Made by a program: the position numbers and the translations under genes
Part shown: positions 8,188 through 18,267 of the stretch, in pieces
Numbering within the stretch: the stretch's first letter is position 1
Layout: every line of letters starts with the position of its first letter
DNA from: a virus
Length of the DNA: 42,734 nucleotides
Virus record (IMG/VR): IMGVR_UViG_3300005647_000006
Reading direction: 5' to 3' (one strand)
The notes under the pieces: generated by a model
Seen by the model: the letters and a program-made list of their open reading frames with translations, nothing else
Databases searched by the model: none
What the model was told of the DNA's origin: nothing

Positions 8188-8284
8188 CAATTAATTATGT
8201 TTAATATAATGATATATGTTGATTGATTATGTGATAATATTACCAGCGTCAACCAAATCAAAAAATTAATCTAGAGGAACATAT

Positions 8285-10441
8285 ATGAAAAAAATCAATT
8301 TATTTGTGGGCATCATGTTGATGGCTACATCTTCAATACTATTTGCGCAAGCTAATCCACCTACCAATTGGGCTGATAGTTATTCTTTTAATGGTGAGTG
8401 TTATATTGACAGTACGTTTGATCATTTTCCAAACGCTGGTAATACTACAATAAACACTGCATTCGGAGTTAAAACTTTTCAACAAATTGTAAATGCTTTG
8501 GGTGGGCCGGGCCGTGGTAACAATCCACTTTATAATGACATTCAATGTGGTAACGGTCCAGCTAATAATGCAGGAGATGAAAATTCAAACGTATGTCCCG
8601 GTCGAGTTGGGATTTCTAGATCCAATGGTGGATGTACCACTATTGGACCTAAATGGAATCTTGCTAGAGTATTTTCAACATCTGGTAATGGTGGTACTAC
8701 CAATCCAGTTACAACTCCGGTTGTAGTAACTTCTAATTCGCCAGTTGTAGTTCGAGCTGGTTCACTTGGTGCTGCAATGGAATTATTTGCTGCAACAACA
8801 AATACACCACGAGTTGATTGCGATCCCGTAAATTCTATGGGTGGTGATTGGATTTGCGCCAATTACACTAATCCTACTGTAAGTGATTTTTCAAATTCTT
8901 CTATTACATCTGTTGTTGCGGGAGCGCCTATAGTTGTGGTTGATGAACCTATAGTTGTAGTTGATGAAGTTCAAACTCCAGTCAATTTTTCAGCAAGCGT
9001 TTACTCAGAAACAGAAGGTGAACTATTTTGGGATAGAGATACTACTCAATTTGTTACATACGATATTTTTCTAGATGATGAATTACTGGTATCTGGTTTA
9101 GATGCATTAAGTTATATGCTACTTGATTTATCTGGTGATTTTGAATATACAGTATCACTTATTGCTGTAGATGCAAATGGAAACAGATCGGATGCAACAC
9201 AACTTACAGTTCAAACATTTTCATCTAACACAATTGATGAAGTATTGGTTGAAGAAGAAACTCCAACTACTAATATTATAGGTAATTCTGATAATGGTCG
9301 ATTTATCGTTCGTGGTAGTTCGCTTGCGGATGCTATCCGATTATTTGCAGCTAATACTGATTTGGAACGTGTTGATTGCGATCCTGTGAATGAATTTGGT
9401 GGTGATTGGATTTGTGCAAGTTACAACAATCCAGTTGTTGCTGACTTGGGTGGATTAACGATTATAGATACACAAGATCCAGTTATTGATTTGGTATTAG
9501 AGGGAGATAGAAATTGTAATGATTTTAATACCCAATCTGAAGCACAACGTTTCTTTGATGTTGTATCAACTACTAATGATTCTGATCCACATGGCTTGGA
9601 TTTTGATAATGATGGTATTGCTTGTGAGTCTTTACCAGATGATGGAAATCCAATAATCGTAAATAACAATTCTAATGGTGATCTGTATGTAAATCATTAT
9701 GATGTAGCTCCTGATTTAGATGATTTGGGTGCAATGGTTGCAGCCAAAATGATTTTTGATTTTCACAATATTATAAACATTTCTGCAACCATTGGAACAT
9801 ATGGCAATGGAAATATAACAGCAAATGGAAAAACTCAAACTAACAAATCGTTATACAATCCAGTAGGTGAAGCACTATTTTTTCAAGTTTTTGCATCTAA
9901 TAGTTTTAATGCTCATAATAATAGAGCAGGGGCTGTTATAAATTCTAAAAATTTATGGGATGCGACCGCAGACAGTGGTAATAGGATATTTGTTGCTGAA
10001 GGTGGTCAGTCTGATTTTACGGCTGATGTTATTAGAGTAATGAAACCAGCAAATAGAAAAAATGTTACAGTTTTCCAACACTCTCTTGGATACAATGAAG
10101 GGAATACCGAGGCTAGAAATATTACATATTTAAAAAATAATGCTAATTATGTAAATATTCCGAATGGAAACATTGGTGGGAATGGATCGGCTGATTTAGC
10201 CAGTCAATTTGGTAATACACCAATTCAAAGCAACAGGGATTTCGCACATATGGTTAGAAATTCAAAATATGCTAATTTATGGGATCAAGTATTTGAATTA
10301 TTGGATCTTGAATGTGGTGGTGAATTCATTCAACGCTACGCATGTCGTTTGGATTTTAGTGATGCTGTAGAGCAGCTATTTATTGTTGGGGATAGTACTA
10401 TCGACGACTTTAATGATTTCGCGGATAAGTACGCGAACTAA
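8285..10441 (+). CDS. Secreted multidomain protein: Cys-rich N-domain, two ~50-aa repeats, FN3-like domain, Excalibur Ca-binding domain, C-terminal hydrolase-like domain
   Basis: Signal peptide; [18 protein letters not shown] twice; [26 protein letters not shown]; D..PD.DD motif; GAGG RBS. Confidence 0.8.
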   Translation: MKKINLFVGIMLMATSSILFAQANPPTNWADSYSFNGECYIDSTFDHFPNAGNTTINTAFGVKTFQQIVNALGGPGRGNNPLYNDIQCGNGPANNAGDENSNVCPGRVGISRSNGGCTTIGPKWNLARVFSTSGNGGTTNPVTTPVVVTSNSPVVVRAGSLGAAMELFAATTNTPRVDCDPVNSMGGDWICANYTNPTVSDFSNSSITSVVAGAPIVVVDEPIVVVDEVQTPVNFSASVYSETEGELFWDRDTTQFVTYDIFLDDELLVSGLDALSYMLLDLSGDFEYTVSLIAVDANGNRSDATQLTVQTFSSNTIDEVLVEEETPTTNIIGNSDNGRFIVRGSSLADAIRLFAANTDLERVDCDPVNEFGGDWICASYNNPVVADLGGLTIIDTQDPVIDLVLEGDRNCNDFNTQSEAQRFFDVVSTTNDSDPHGLDFDNDGIACESLPDDGNPIIVNNNSNGDLYVNHYDVAPDLDDLGAMVAAKMIFDFHNIINISATIGTYGNGNITANGKTQTNKSLYNPVGEALFFQVFASNSFNAHNNRAGAVINSKNLWDATADSGNRIFVAEGGQSDFTADVIRVMKPANRKNVTVFQHSLGYNEGNTEARNITYLKNNANYVNIPNGNIGGNGSADLASQFGNTPIQSNRDFAHMVRNSKYANLWDQVFELLDLECGGEFIQRYACRLDFSDAVEQLFIVGDSTIDDFNDFADKYAN

Positions 10442-10472
10442 ATAAACAGTGGAGATAATAATAAAATTAACT

Positions 10473-10509
10473 ATCACTCCGTTGAGAAATCAGCGGAGTG
10501 GTCCTTTTC
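10473..10509 (+). terminator. Rho-independent terminator
   Basis: CACTCCGTTGA-GAAA-TCAGCGGAGTG stem followed by T-rich tail. Confidence 0.75.
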
Positions 10510-10524
10510 ACTGGAACATAACAA

Positions 10525-11007
10525 ATGAGAGTCCGATTAACCGCACTAACAATACTATTTTTAATAATTAATTCACAAATCGTTAAAGCATCCAACCCAA
10601 CATTTCCATTCGAATTACTATCTGAAGGTGTTATATTGGGAGTTTCCATACCAGATGAAGGTGGAAACAAAATATGTGTATTTGACGAAAGAACAAAATA
10701 TGGCAATTGTTGGAATAAAGCAGCATTTGATTATATAGCCGACAAACCACGCACATTAATGCCAAGCACCTTACCACCAGATAAATATCGCAATACTATT
10801 ATTATCGAAAGAGCAATTGGTGGATTTATGTTTATCGATGAAGCAACAAATGTGAAATACTTTTGTGCTGTTGCACAACAAACTAGACATGGTAATTGCT
10901 GGCCTATGGATGAAATTAAAATTGCACAAACAAAGTATATTCCGTATATACTTGAGAACATCGTAGCTAAAAAAGCTGTGAAGGTTGAACCAAACAAAGG
11001 AATTTAA
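10525..11007 (+). CDS. Secreted protein with internal duplication
   Basis: Signal peptide; ICV..ERTKYGNCW and YFCA..QQTRHGNCW repeats. Confidence 0.75.
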   Translation: MRVRLTALTILFLIINSQIVKASNPTFPFELLSEGVILGVSIPDEGGNKICVFDERTKYGNCWNKAAFDYIADKPRTLMPSTLPPDKYRNTIIIERAIGGFMFIDEATNVKYFCAVAQQTRHGNCWPMDEIKIAQTKYIPYILENIVAKKAVKVEPNKGI

Positions 11008-11402
11008 TGCGAATTCGATTAAAGCACCATTATGGATTATCACACCACGATTTTGATGATGGTATAGATCATCAGTTGGGTGCATACTTTGCTGTCAGGA
11101 GTTCTCACGACTTCCTAACAGATGATAATCATAACTTTCGTGTACTAGCATCCAGCATTACACATGCTGGCGAATTAATTAAATTCGACCAAATTCAAAT
11201 TTACAAGAACTCGAACACAGAATCTATTGTATATGATGGTAGGATAGGATCATTACAAACTCAATACGACTTTCTATACACTGACAATGAATGGTTTTCA
11301 TGTGAATATTTTTACAACAAAGAAAAATTCACAAACGATAAGAGGCGTTATTATTCGTATAAACGAAAAGCAATTCCCCACCTAACAGTGGCTTATGCTT
11401 AA
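11007..11402 (+). CDS. Hypothetical protein
   Basis: TAATG-coupled ORF. Confidence 0.7.
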   Translation: MRIRLKHHYGLSHHDFDDGIDHQLGAYFAVRSSHDFLTDDNHNFRVLASSITHAGELIKFDQIQIYKNSNTESIVYDGRIGSLQTQYDFLYTDNEWFSCEYFYNKEKFTNDKRRYYSYKRKAIPHLTVAYA

Positions 11403-11760
11403 TTATTTCAAATCGATTTTAAATAATCGCAGAGAAAAGAAAAAAATAAAAAAATTATATCGTTGCATAGAAGTTGGTGATTATATTTCTATTAACAACG
11501 ATGATGTTGCGATATCTGGAAAAGTTCTTGAATTATTTACCAAAGATCCATCTACAAATAATAGATTGCTTATTAGTGTAGATAAAATTGCACTTTCTGG
11601 TGATTATAGTGACATTGCTGATAAAATGGCTGCGGATTATCTTATAGATAGAATTAAAGATACCGGAACTCATTATTTTTTTGGATATAAAGAAATAACA
11701 TCATTAAAAGATACTGAAAATAGAATCAATAGAACTATTGCAGAATTGGATGACATATGA
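11395..11760 (+). CDS. Hypothetical protein ending IAELDDI
   Basis: ORF track. Confidence 0.75.
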   Translation: MLNYFKSILNNRREKKKIKKLYRCIEVGDYISINNDDVAISGKVLELFTKDPSTNNRLLISVDKIALSGDYSDIADKMAADYLIDRIKDTGTHYFFGYKEITSLKDTENRINRTIAELDDI

Positions 11761-12413
11761 AAATCATTGGATCAGAAGATTATTATGACTATGTAGCCAA
11801 CATCTATGGTGTTGATAACAACGTAGTATTAGATCGTCGCGAAGGATTGAAGGTAAAGCCTCCAAGCCGACTTTTATACGATGATAAATTGTTTAAGGGA
11901 CGACAAATATCTATTTGTTTTTGTGGTACTGAATATTTTGGTGTTCAGATGGTCAGTGGTAAATGCTACTGGGGTGATGAAATCTTAAAACTTGGTACAC
12001 CAGTAAAATCAAGAAAAACATGGTCAGGTAAAAGAACTCCTGCTACAGTAAAAGTTCCTTACCGAAACACTTATTATAAAAATAAACAGACTGTAGAAAA
12101 TGCTTATCTTTTATATGAATCGAGGCCAACCGATGCTAATGATATTGAAAAATGTCCAATTTTATATAAGAGTGCCTTTAGAAGTAGTAGTCGTTTTTGG
12201 GATGATTATTACACAGATGATGAATATCTAGCATTTCCTAATAGACTGCAAGATTTAGGCTTTAGCAGTGTTGTCGATCCTGATACTGCATTTAAAACTA
12301 TCTACAGTTGGGTGTTGAATCGAAAAGAAGATAAAGATTTTGATGTTCTTAGTGATAATGAAAAAGTCGAAGCTAAAGGATTTGATAAAAAGGCATCATT
12401 CAGGCATCGTTAG
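11757..12413 (+). CDS. Conserved-type phage hypothetical protein
   Basis: MKII...DYYD...YG.D N-terminus and K.E.KGFD.K.SFR C-terminus recalled from large-phage hypotheticals. Confidence 0.8.
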   Translation: MKIIGSEDYYDYVANIYGVDNNVVLDRREGLKVKPPSRLLYDDKLFKGRQISICFCGTEYFGVQMVSGKCYWGDEILKLGTPVKSRKTWSGKRTPATVKVPYRNTYYKNKQTVENAYLLYESRPTDANDIEKCPILYKSAFRSSSRFWDDYYTDDEYLAFPNRLQDLGFSSVVDPDTAFKTIYSWVLNRKEDKDFDVLSDNEKVEAKGFDKKASFRHR

Positions 12414-12628
12414 AATCCATGCATGAAGTATGCGTATGCTTCATTAACATTAATGTAATATGTTTTATTGAACATATCTTCGTCTTTTGTGTTTGATGAA
12501 ACATAGCTGCATATGCAAGTCTCACCATTTACTCGTTCGATGAGTAGTTTGATTTCAATACATCTACACATCCCTTCAATCGTTTCATTGCGATGAACTT
12601 TTATATGTTTGCCAATTAATTCTTTCAT
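12410..12628 (-). CDS. Hypothetical protein
   Basis: ORF with GAGTG upstream. Confidence 0.6.
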   Translation of the reverse strand: MKELIGKHIKVHRNETIEGMCRCIEIKLLIERVNGETCICSYVSSNTKDEDMFNKTYYINVNEAYAYFMHGF

Positions 12629-12645
12629 GTCACATCACTCTTTTG

Positions 12646-12653
12646 TATAAATA
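12646..12653 (+). promoter_or_regulatory. Late promoter TATAAATA
   Basis: Exact T4 late consensus upstream of AGGA RBS. Confidence 0.75.
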
Positions 12654-12680
12654 CTAAATAATATTTATCAGGATACGATA

Positions 12681-13370
12681 ATGGCAGAAGAACTAGTGGA
12701 ACAACCAAAAACAATCAAAGGTAAAGTGTCTACGCTTGCAAATATTGCAGTTAGAATCTATGTAGCCCTTTCTTTGTTTATATTGGGTGTTTACTTATAT
12801 GAGCGCTATGTAGTTAAATTTAGTGATGTTATTAATTATACTCCTGTTGTATTTGTTGAAAATTCATATATCGATACAGATGCTGTTGAATTGTATTCAT
12901 TTGTTGGTGCTACTTATAATAATACATCATTTACTACTCAAGCTGGATTATTGTGTTTAGATGAAGATAATTATTGGGTTAGAGAAGTATTTGTCGAGCC
13001 AATAACTTATAATTTAAAGGTAAATGAAGCATTAAATAAAAATATCCAAAAAACCAATGCTAAGTTTGATTTTGGATTTCTTGATAGTTTAGAAGCTGTT
13101 ATTGCTGTTCGAGAGTTGGGTGAACGACTATCTGCTGAATCAGATAAAAAAGAGGTGTTTGAAGAAAATCTAGAAGAACAAACCATTTCTTCAAGGTCAG
13201 AATTTGAATCCGGCGCAGGGACACGGTTTGCTGTGTCGTTTGATATTTCTAAGGTGAATCATGATGTAGCCAAAACTTGCAGATTAAAGACTTATTACTT
13301 CACCAGCACTCGATTTTTTGATTTAACAAAGTCTACTTCTTTTTTCACGCATCCGGTGACGATCAAATAA
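12681..13370 (+). CDS. Single-TM membrane protein with periplasmic two-Cys domain, paralog of 37422..38024; possible lysis-control protein
   Basis: N-terminal TM; adjacent to endolysin; late promoter. Confidence 0.7.
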   Translation: MAEELVEQPKTIKGKVSTLANIAVRIYVALSLFILGVYLYERYVVKFSDVINYTPVVFVENSYIDTDAVELYSFVGATYNNTSFTTQAGLLCLDEDNYWVREVFVEPITYNLKVNEALNKNIQKTNAKFDFGFLDSLEAVIAVRELGERLSAESDKKEVFEENLEEQTISSRSEFESGAGTRFAVSFDISKVNHDVAKTCRLKTYYFTSTRFFDLTKSTSFFTHPVTIK

Positions 13371-13376
13371 TTAATC

Positions 13377-13384
13377 CATAAATA
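13377..13384 (+). promoter_or_regulatory. Late promoter CATAAATA
   Basis: Upstream of endolysin RBS GAGAGG. Confidence 0.7.
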
Positions 13385-13406
13385 CTATTTTAGAGAGGAA
13401 TTGTGT

Positions 13407-14213
13407 ATGCCAGTTGCACAGAATAAAATAGTAAAGCTAGTCCAAAAAGAATTAAATGCTCGTTATGGTGCTAATCTTAATGTTGATGGTAGTATTAAAA
13501 AAGACACTATGGATGCGTTAAATCGTGTATCTGCGATTCCGTCTACATGGCCTGTTAAGAGAAAATTTATTGGATTTGTTCAATACCTGACTCATTTAAT
13601 TCCACAGATAGATGATATTCCAGTCGATGGTTACTACGGAAATGTATCGGAATCAGCATTTCAAGAACTCATTGAGTTTTCTGAAACTGGTAAAGTCACA
13701 AAATGGCGTGATGAAGTTGAGGATGAAGCTTATGATGGTGATCCTTCTCTTAGATGGCCTACCTATGAAAATTTAGAAAAATTCTACGGCCCAGCAGGAA
13801 GTAATTTAACGAAGGTGAAAGTTCCGTATAGTTTACGTTTGAGTTGGAATCTGGATAGATATATTAATCAATTTACATGTCATGAGTTAGTAGTAGAGCC
13901 AATCCAAGAAGCAATGGAGGAAATCTATAAAGTTTATGGTATGGACGAAATTAAAAGATTGAATCTCGATTATTTCAGTGGTTGTTACAATAATAGGAAG
14001 ATGGTGGGGTCAAGCAAATTATCAACCCATGCATTTGGAATTTCCGTTGATTGGGCGAGCCAGTTTAATAGAATTCGATGGGATCACACTAGAGCATCAT
14101 TGGCTAGACCTGAATACGAGCCTTTCTGGGAGGCTTGGGAGCGTACTGGGGCCGTGTCTTTAGGTAGAGAAAAAGACTACGATTGGATGCACATCCAATA
14201 TAGTAGATTTTAA
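13407..14213 (+). CDS. Endolysin: peptidoglycan-binding domain plus M15 Zn-peptidase
   Basis: VDGxxG PG-binding repeats; GCYNNR...S.HAFG..VD...DWMH.Q M15 motifs. Confidence 0.88.
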   Translation: MPVAQNKIVKLVQKELNARYGANLNVDGSIKKDTMDALNRVSAIPSTWPVKRKFIGFVQYLTHLIPQIDDIPVDGYYGNVSESAFQELIEFSETGKVTKWRDEVEDEAYDGDPSLRWPTYENLEKFYGPAGSNLTKVKVPYSLRLSWNLDRYINQFTCHELVVEPIQEAMEEIYKVYGMDEIKRLNLDYFSGCYNNRKMVGSSKLSTHAFGISVDWASQFNRIRWDHTRASLARPEYEPFWEAWERTGAVSLGREKDYDWMHIQYSRF

Positions 14214-14239
14214 AATAAATCTGTGATACGATTATATGA

Positions 14240-15421
14240 ATGCGAAAAAATCCAGAAAAGAATTGGAAAAATAGATTAATTAAAAAATATGGATATTATC
14301 CATATTTTGAGCCTGTAAATGATTCTTACACTCAATTAACTAAAATAGATATTCAATGCAATACTCATGGTAAAACGCAACGTTCTATTTGCATGTTAAT
14401 GGACAAAAAATCACAAAACCCCTGTAAATATTGCTCGATGGTAATAATAAACAATAATAAATGTATTAAAGATAGGCAGGATAAAATAGATAATGCAGTT
14501 AAAATTCATAATAACAAATATAATTATTCAAATATTCCAACTATATTAAAAAGTAATACAAAGGTTAAAATAATTTGTCCATTTCACGGCGAATTTACTA
14601 CAAGATGGTCGGAGCATATCAATAAACAAAGTGGATGTAGCACTTGTGGGCATTTAAAACCAAGACAATATTATATTGATAAAGCGGAAAAGTTGCATGG
14701 TGTTGGGACTTATTCGTATGAGTTACTTCCAGAAATTGTTTATTCTAGAGATAAATATGATTTCATTTGCAATAAACATAATTTTACTTTTTCTCAGCAA
14801 TTATACACACATTGTAAAAATCAAGGCTGTCCTAAATGTGGACGTGAAATCGTAGATAATGCTCTTAGAGACAAAGTAAGTGATGATGAATGGAGAAAAC
14901 GATTTATAAATTCACATGGTGACAAATATGATTATTCTCTTGTCGGTGATGATATATATGGATGTAAAAAAATCACTATAATTTGTCCGATTCATGGAGA
15001 ATTTAATCAAGATGTTGAAATTCATGCAAGAAGTAGTGGTTGTAGAGAATGTGGTAAACGTCAATGTGAAACTTTCATGGTTTACTCAGAAAAATCGTTT
15101 GAATTAAAACCTGAAATGAAAAATTGGAATGGACGTGTATATGTAATCAGATTACACAATGGAGAAGAATCTTTCATTAAAATTGGAATAACTAAGAAAT
15201 CAATAAAAGAACGATGTCGAGAAATTCGCAGAGTTGGATATACTGTGGATATCATATATCAAGAAAAAATGAAATTGTATGATGCTTATAATCAAGAACA
15301 GCGATTATTAATGGAAGTGGCCGACTTGCAATACCTTCCAAAAAATAAATTTAACGGCCACACAGAATGCGTAATAGATTCTCCATTAACTTTAAATAAG
15401 ATCGAAAATCTGTTATCATAA
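14240..15421 (+). mobile_element. Free-standing homing endonuclease (DUF723-like Zn repeats plus C-terminal GIY-YIG-like domain)
   Basis: Repeated HGxKYDYS...IICPxHGEF...GCxxC; VYVI...FIKIGIT...R...E...G.TEC. Confidence 0.85.
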
Positions 15422-15450
15422 ATATCTATAATCAAAATAGGATCAATAAA

Positions 15451-15783
15451 ATGACTTAGAAGAATCAACCAAATTGTGGATGTAAAAGTAACAATACTGT
15501 TTATTGTATCGTTAATCCAAAATCAAACAAACTTCATCGATGTACATTCTCTGCATCACTTGCTAAACATATCATTAAAAACCATTTCCCTGATTATGAA
15601 ATCAGAGAAGCTAAAGCCATAAGAGGCAACAAACTTAAATCAGGTGAAACATCTGGTGGTTTGTATGGAATCGTTGGCACCAAAAAAGATCTACTGTTAA
15701 GATGCCCAATGACTAAGGAACATGCTGAAATCTATGCTCAATGTGACTCTAGGCATATCGAGGAAGTGTTTCTCATGTTTTAA
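15451..15783 (+). pseudogene. 110-codon late gene with in-frame TAG at codon 3 (pseudogene, read-through or sequence error)
   Basis: CATAAATA at 15417, AGGA RBS, ATG ACT TAG then an open frame to TAA 15783. Confidence 0.6.
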
Positions 15784-16116
15784 TTATTCTGTTATTGTAT
15801 ATTCTACAATTTCTATTCCAGCTTCTTTAATTGCTAGTGTGCAGGCAGGGCAAGGTTTTGCAGTTGCAGGTTTTCCATTCTTCATATATCTGGATATGAA
15901 GATCCTGTGTGCTTTTGCTATATTATTACATTTAATGATTGCTGCTATCTCAGCATGGATGAATTGTCGCTTGGGTTGGCCTACCTTAGCTGCATAGTGA
16001 GCTTGTACGGTGTGAGTCTTTACATAGCTGTTCTGGCCTATGCTCAGTGGCCGACCGCGCTTATCATAGATAATAGCTGTGATATTGTGCTTCTTACTTG
16101 ACTGTGTGCCACACAT
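15784..16116 (-). CDS. Cytidine/dCMP deaminase-fold protein
   Basis: HAE...PCxxC Zn motif. Confidence 0.85.
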   Translation of the reverse strand: MCGTQSSKKHNITAIIYDKRGRPLSIGQNSYVKTHTVQAHYAAKVGQPKRQFIHAEIAAIIKCNNIAKAHRIFISRYMKNGKPATAKPCPACTLAIKEAGIEIVEYTITE

Positions 16117-16357
16117 GGATTATTTGATGGATTCCGATTCTATGATATGTTTGTTCTTTTCGAACTTTAATATTATAAACTTTTCCAGTATCAGTATCAA
16201 CAATAGAAGTAACTGTGCCTAATAATGATATTTTTTTATTAATATGCATTCGTTTATTTAAATCAAACTCCGTACCATTAATTGTAAAATTAATTCGGGA
16301 TCCGATTTTAGGCGATTTTTCATCACCGTAATGTTCTATTACACAAAGATTATTCAT
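16094..16357 (-). CDS. Hypothetical late protein
   Basis: CATAAATA 5 nt before ATG. Confidence 0.7.
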   Translation of the reverse strand: MNNLCVIEHYGDEKSPKIGSRINFTINGTEFDLNKRMHINKKISLLGTVTSIVDTDTGKVYNIKVRKEQTYHRIGIHQIIHVWHTVK

Positions 16358-16378
16358 GTAGATATTTATGACATTTTG

Positions 16379-16669
16379 TTACAATCGTTCGAGTTCGTCT
16401 ATTACATCATCGAAAAGCTGTCGGGCTATATTTTTAGAGCTGACGATTGAATTGTTGCCTAATTTACGTTCTGGGATGTTTTCTCTAATCATCCCACATT
16501 CCTCACACTCAAATGAGTATAGAAGATTTTCGTTGCTTTGTACTGGGCCAAAACATGAATTATTGTTTGGGGCGCGACAATGACTATGAAAATTATAATA
16601 AGTTACGTGATGACCTATTGAGAATTTTGGTTTTTTAAATCCAAATAATTTCTTGAATAATTTTAACAT
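16379..16669 (-). CDS. Hypothetical Cys/His protein ending IDELERL
   Basis: CxxC; ORF track. Confidence 0.7.
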   Translation of the reverse strand: MLKLFKKLFGFKKPKFSIGHHVTYYNFHSHCRAPNNNSCFGPVQSNENLLYSFECEECGMIRENIPERKLGNNSIVSSKNIARQLFDDVIDELERL

Positions 16670-16676
16670 CCAACAA

Positions 16677-16889
16677 TTATATACTACCTGAAACCGATAA
16701 GCAAAAATTAATCACATCTTGAAGATAAAAATAATAATTGTAGCCATTAACTTCTATGCCCAATCCACCAACAACATCAGTTAATTGTTGCCCATTATAT
16801 AAACGCTCATCAACTATATGGCAAACTTTATCATTTATTTGTGCGAGGGGTACTTTACCGGATTTATCATCCGTTATTACTGGTTCCAT
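16677..16889 (-). CDS. Hypothetical protein
   Basis: GGGA RBS. Confidence 0.65.
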   Translation of the reverse strand: MEPVITDDKSGKVPLAQINDKVCHIVDERLYNGQQLTDVVGGLGIEVNGYNYYFYLQDVINFCLSVSGSI

Positions 16890-16941
16890 TGTTAAATCCC
16901 AAAGACTAATAATTATATTTAGTCTTTGGATGTGTCAATTA

Positions 16942-17223
16942 TTAGATAGCTGACAGACCATCTGTTATGCATATGGCTTCAAAAGAATCATCAGCCGTTA
17001 TCACTATTTTATTGACTCTGGAAATTGTTGACCAAAATGCACCATCGTGATTACGCACTTTAATACGTAGATCATCTTCATAATGATGTGTATAGGGAGG
17101 ATCATTGGATTGATACCATCCGTAATGCTTAGCTACAACATCTGCTACGACTAATTGATCATCATCGTTGAGGATTTCAACGGTATCGTTTATATCGGCT
17201 TCTAACCATTCTGGATATTTCAT
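16942..17223 (-). CDS. Hypothetical protein ending TDGLSAI (start revised to 17223)
   Basis: Upstream 'CYNIA' codons are the TGCTATAAT promoter. Confidence 0.7.
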   Translation of the reverse strand: MKYPEWLEADINDTVEILNDDDQLVVADVVAKHYGWYQSNDPPYTHHYEDDLRIKVRNHDGAFWSTISRVNKIVITADDSFEAICITDGLSAI

Positions 17224-17251
17224 TGCTATATTATAGCAAAATGGCATTAAA

Positions 17252-18034
17252 TTAATGTGATCTATTCGATATTAAAGTATCGTTTTTGAGTTCTTCTACT
17301 GTTGAATACACAAATGATGTAGGTGTGATAAAACTCTCACCAGTGTTCACTATAGCAAGTTCAACAATCTCAATACCAGAAACCACCTTAGATGATAACT
17401 CATGCTGCTCGTAGACGTATGATGAAATTGTGCCAATAGCAGCAGGCTTATTATATTCATCACACACGAATGATAATCCACCAGACATTCCACCCATTAC
17501 TCTTGCATCTGTAAATAATTTATTATTGCCGTGGCCGATTACTGTACCTTCAGTTATAAACAATTCACCTTTATTTTCTGATGGATATCCTACATTCCAT
17601 ACTGGTGTAAAGAAATCAAACGAACCTTCATGTAAAATTGGTATGGGAGTTAGTCCAGTAGAATTTCCCTCTAATACCATTATATCCAAATCTTCATATC
17701 GTGCTACAACAAATAGAAGTTCTTCTTCACCTTCTGAATTTATAATTACGTTTGTTGTATCATCTTTTGGAGAAACATGATCAGCGGAAACCCATATGCC
17801 ATCAGCAACTAAAAATACGCTACCCTCACCAATAGTTCCACTTGTTTCATACACAATCATTTGTTTGACTGGTAAATCTCTGGAAGCTATACAATTTGGT
17901 TCCACTGAATTATTTAAATATGTTGCCTGTGCTAAAGCCGCTGGAGGCCAAAGTTCTAAAGCAGTTGAATAAAGAAATGCTACCATTAATAAGAGTAATA
18001 CTATCATTTTAGTATAAAATATTTTATTTAACAT
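17252..18034 (-). CDS. Membrane-anchored or secreted trypsin-like serine protease
   Basis: SADHV (His), DIMVL (Asp), GMSGG (Ser); N-terminal hydrophobic segment. Confidence 0.85.
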   Translation of the reverse strand: MLNKIFYTKMIVLLLLMVAFLYSTALELWPPAALAQATYLNNSVEPNCIASRDLPVKQMIVYETSGTIGEGSVFLVADGIWVSADHVSPKDDTTNVIINSEGEEELLFVVARYEDLDIMVLEGNSTGLTPIPILHEGSFDFFTPVWNVGYPSENKGELFITEGTVIGHGNNKLFTDARVMGGMSGGLSFVCDEYNKPAAIGTISSYVYEQHELSSKVVSGIEIVELAIVNTGESFITPTSFVYSTVEELKNDTLISNRSH

Positions 18035-18039
18035 TAATT

Positions 18040-18195
18040 TTACTCTACTATTTCATCTGAATTTTTTTCAGATGTTATAGAATCTATTAATTGTTCTATT
18101 TCTATATCAGTATTATTGACTCGTTCGATTAGATCGGTGATTGATTCTTGAGAGGATTGATAGTAATTATCTTTATTATCTTTATTATCTGGCAT
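18040..18195 (-). CDS. 51-aa acidic protein, not in ORF track
   Basis: Translated by hand (MPDNKDNKDNYY...); GAGAG upstream. Confidence 0.5.
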   Translation of the reverse strand: MPDNKDNKDNYYQSSQESITDLIERVNNTDIEIEQLIDSITSEKNSDEIVE

Positions 18196-18267
18196 TATTA
18201 TTTTTCTCTTAATTTTATGGTTGATATCTTACTCCATAAAAAACAATTAAGCAAACTGGGTCACACT

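Noticed and set aside
8924-8970. Short tandem repeat encoding PIVVVDE twice
   Set aside because: An ordinary low-complexity linker duplication.
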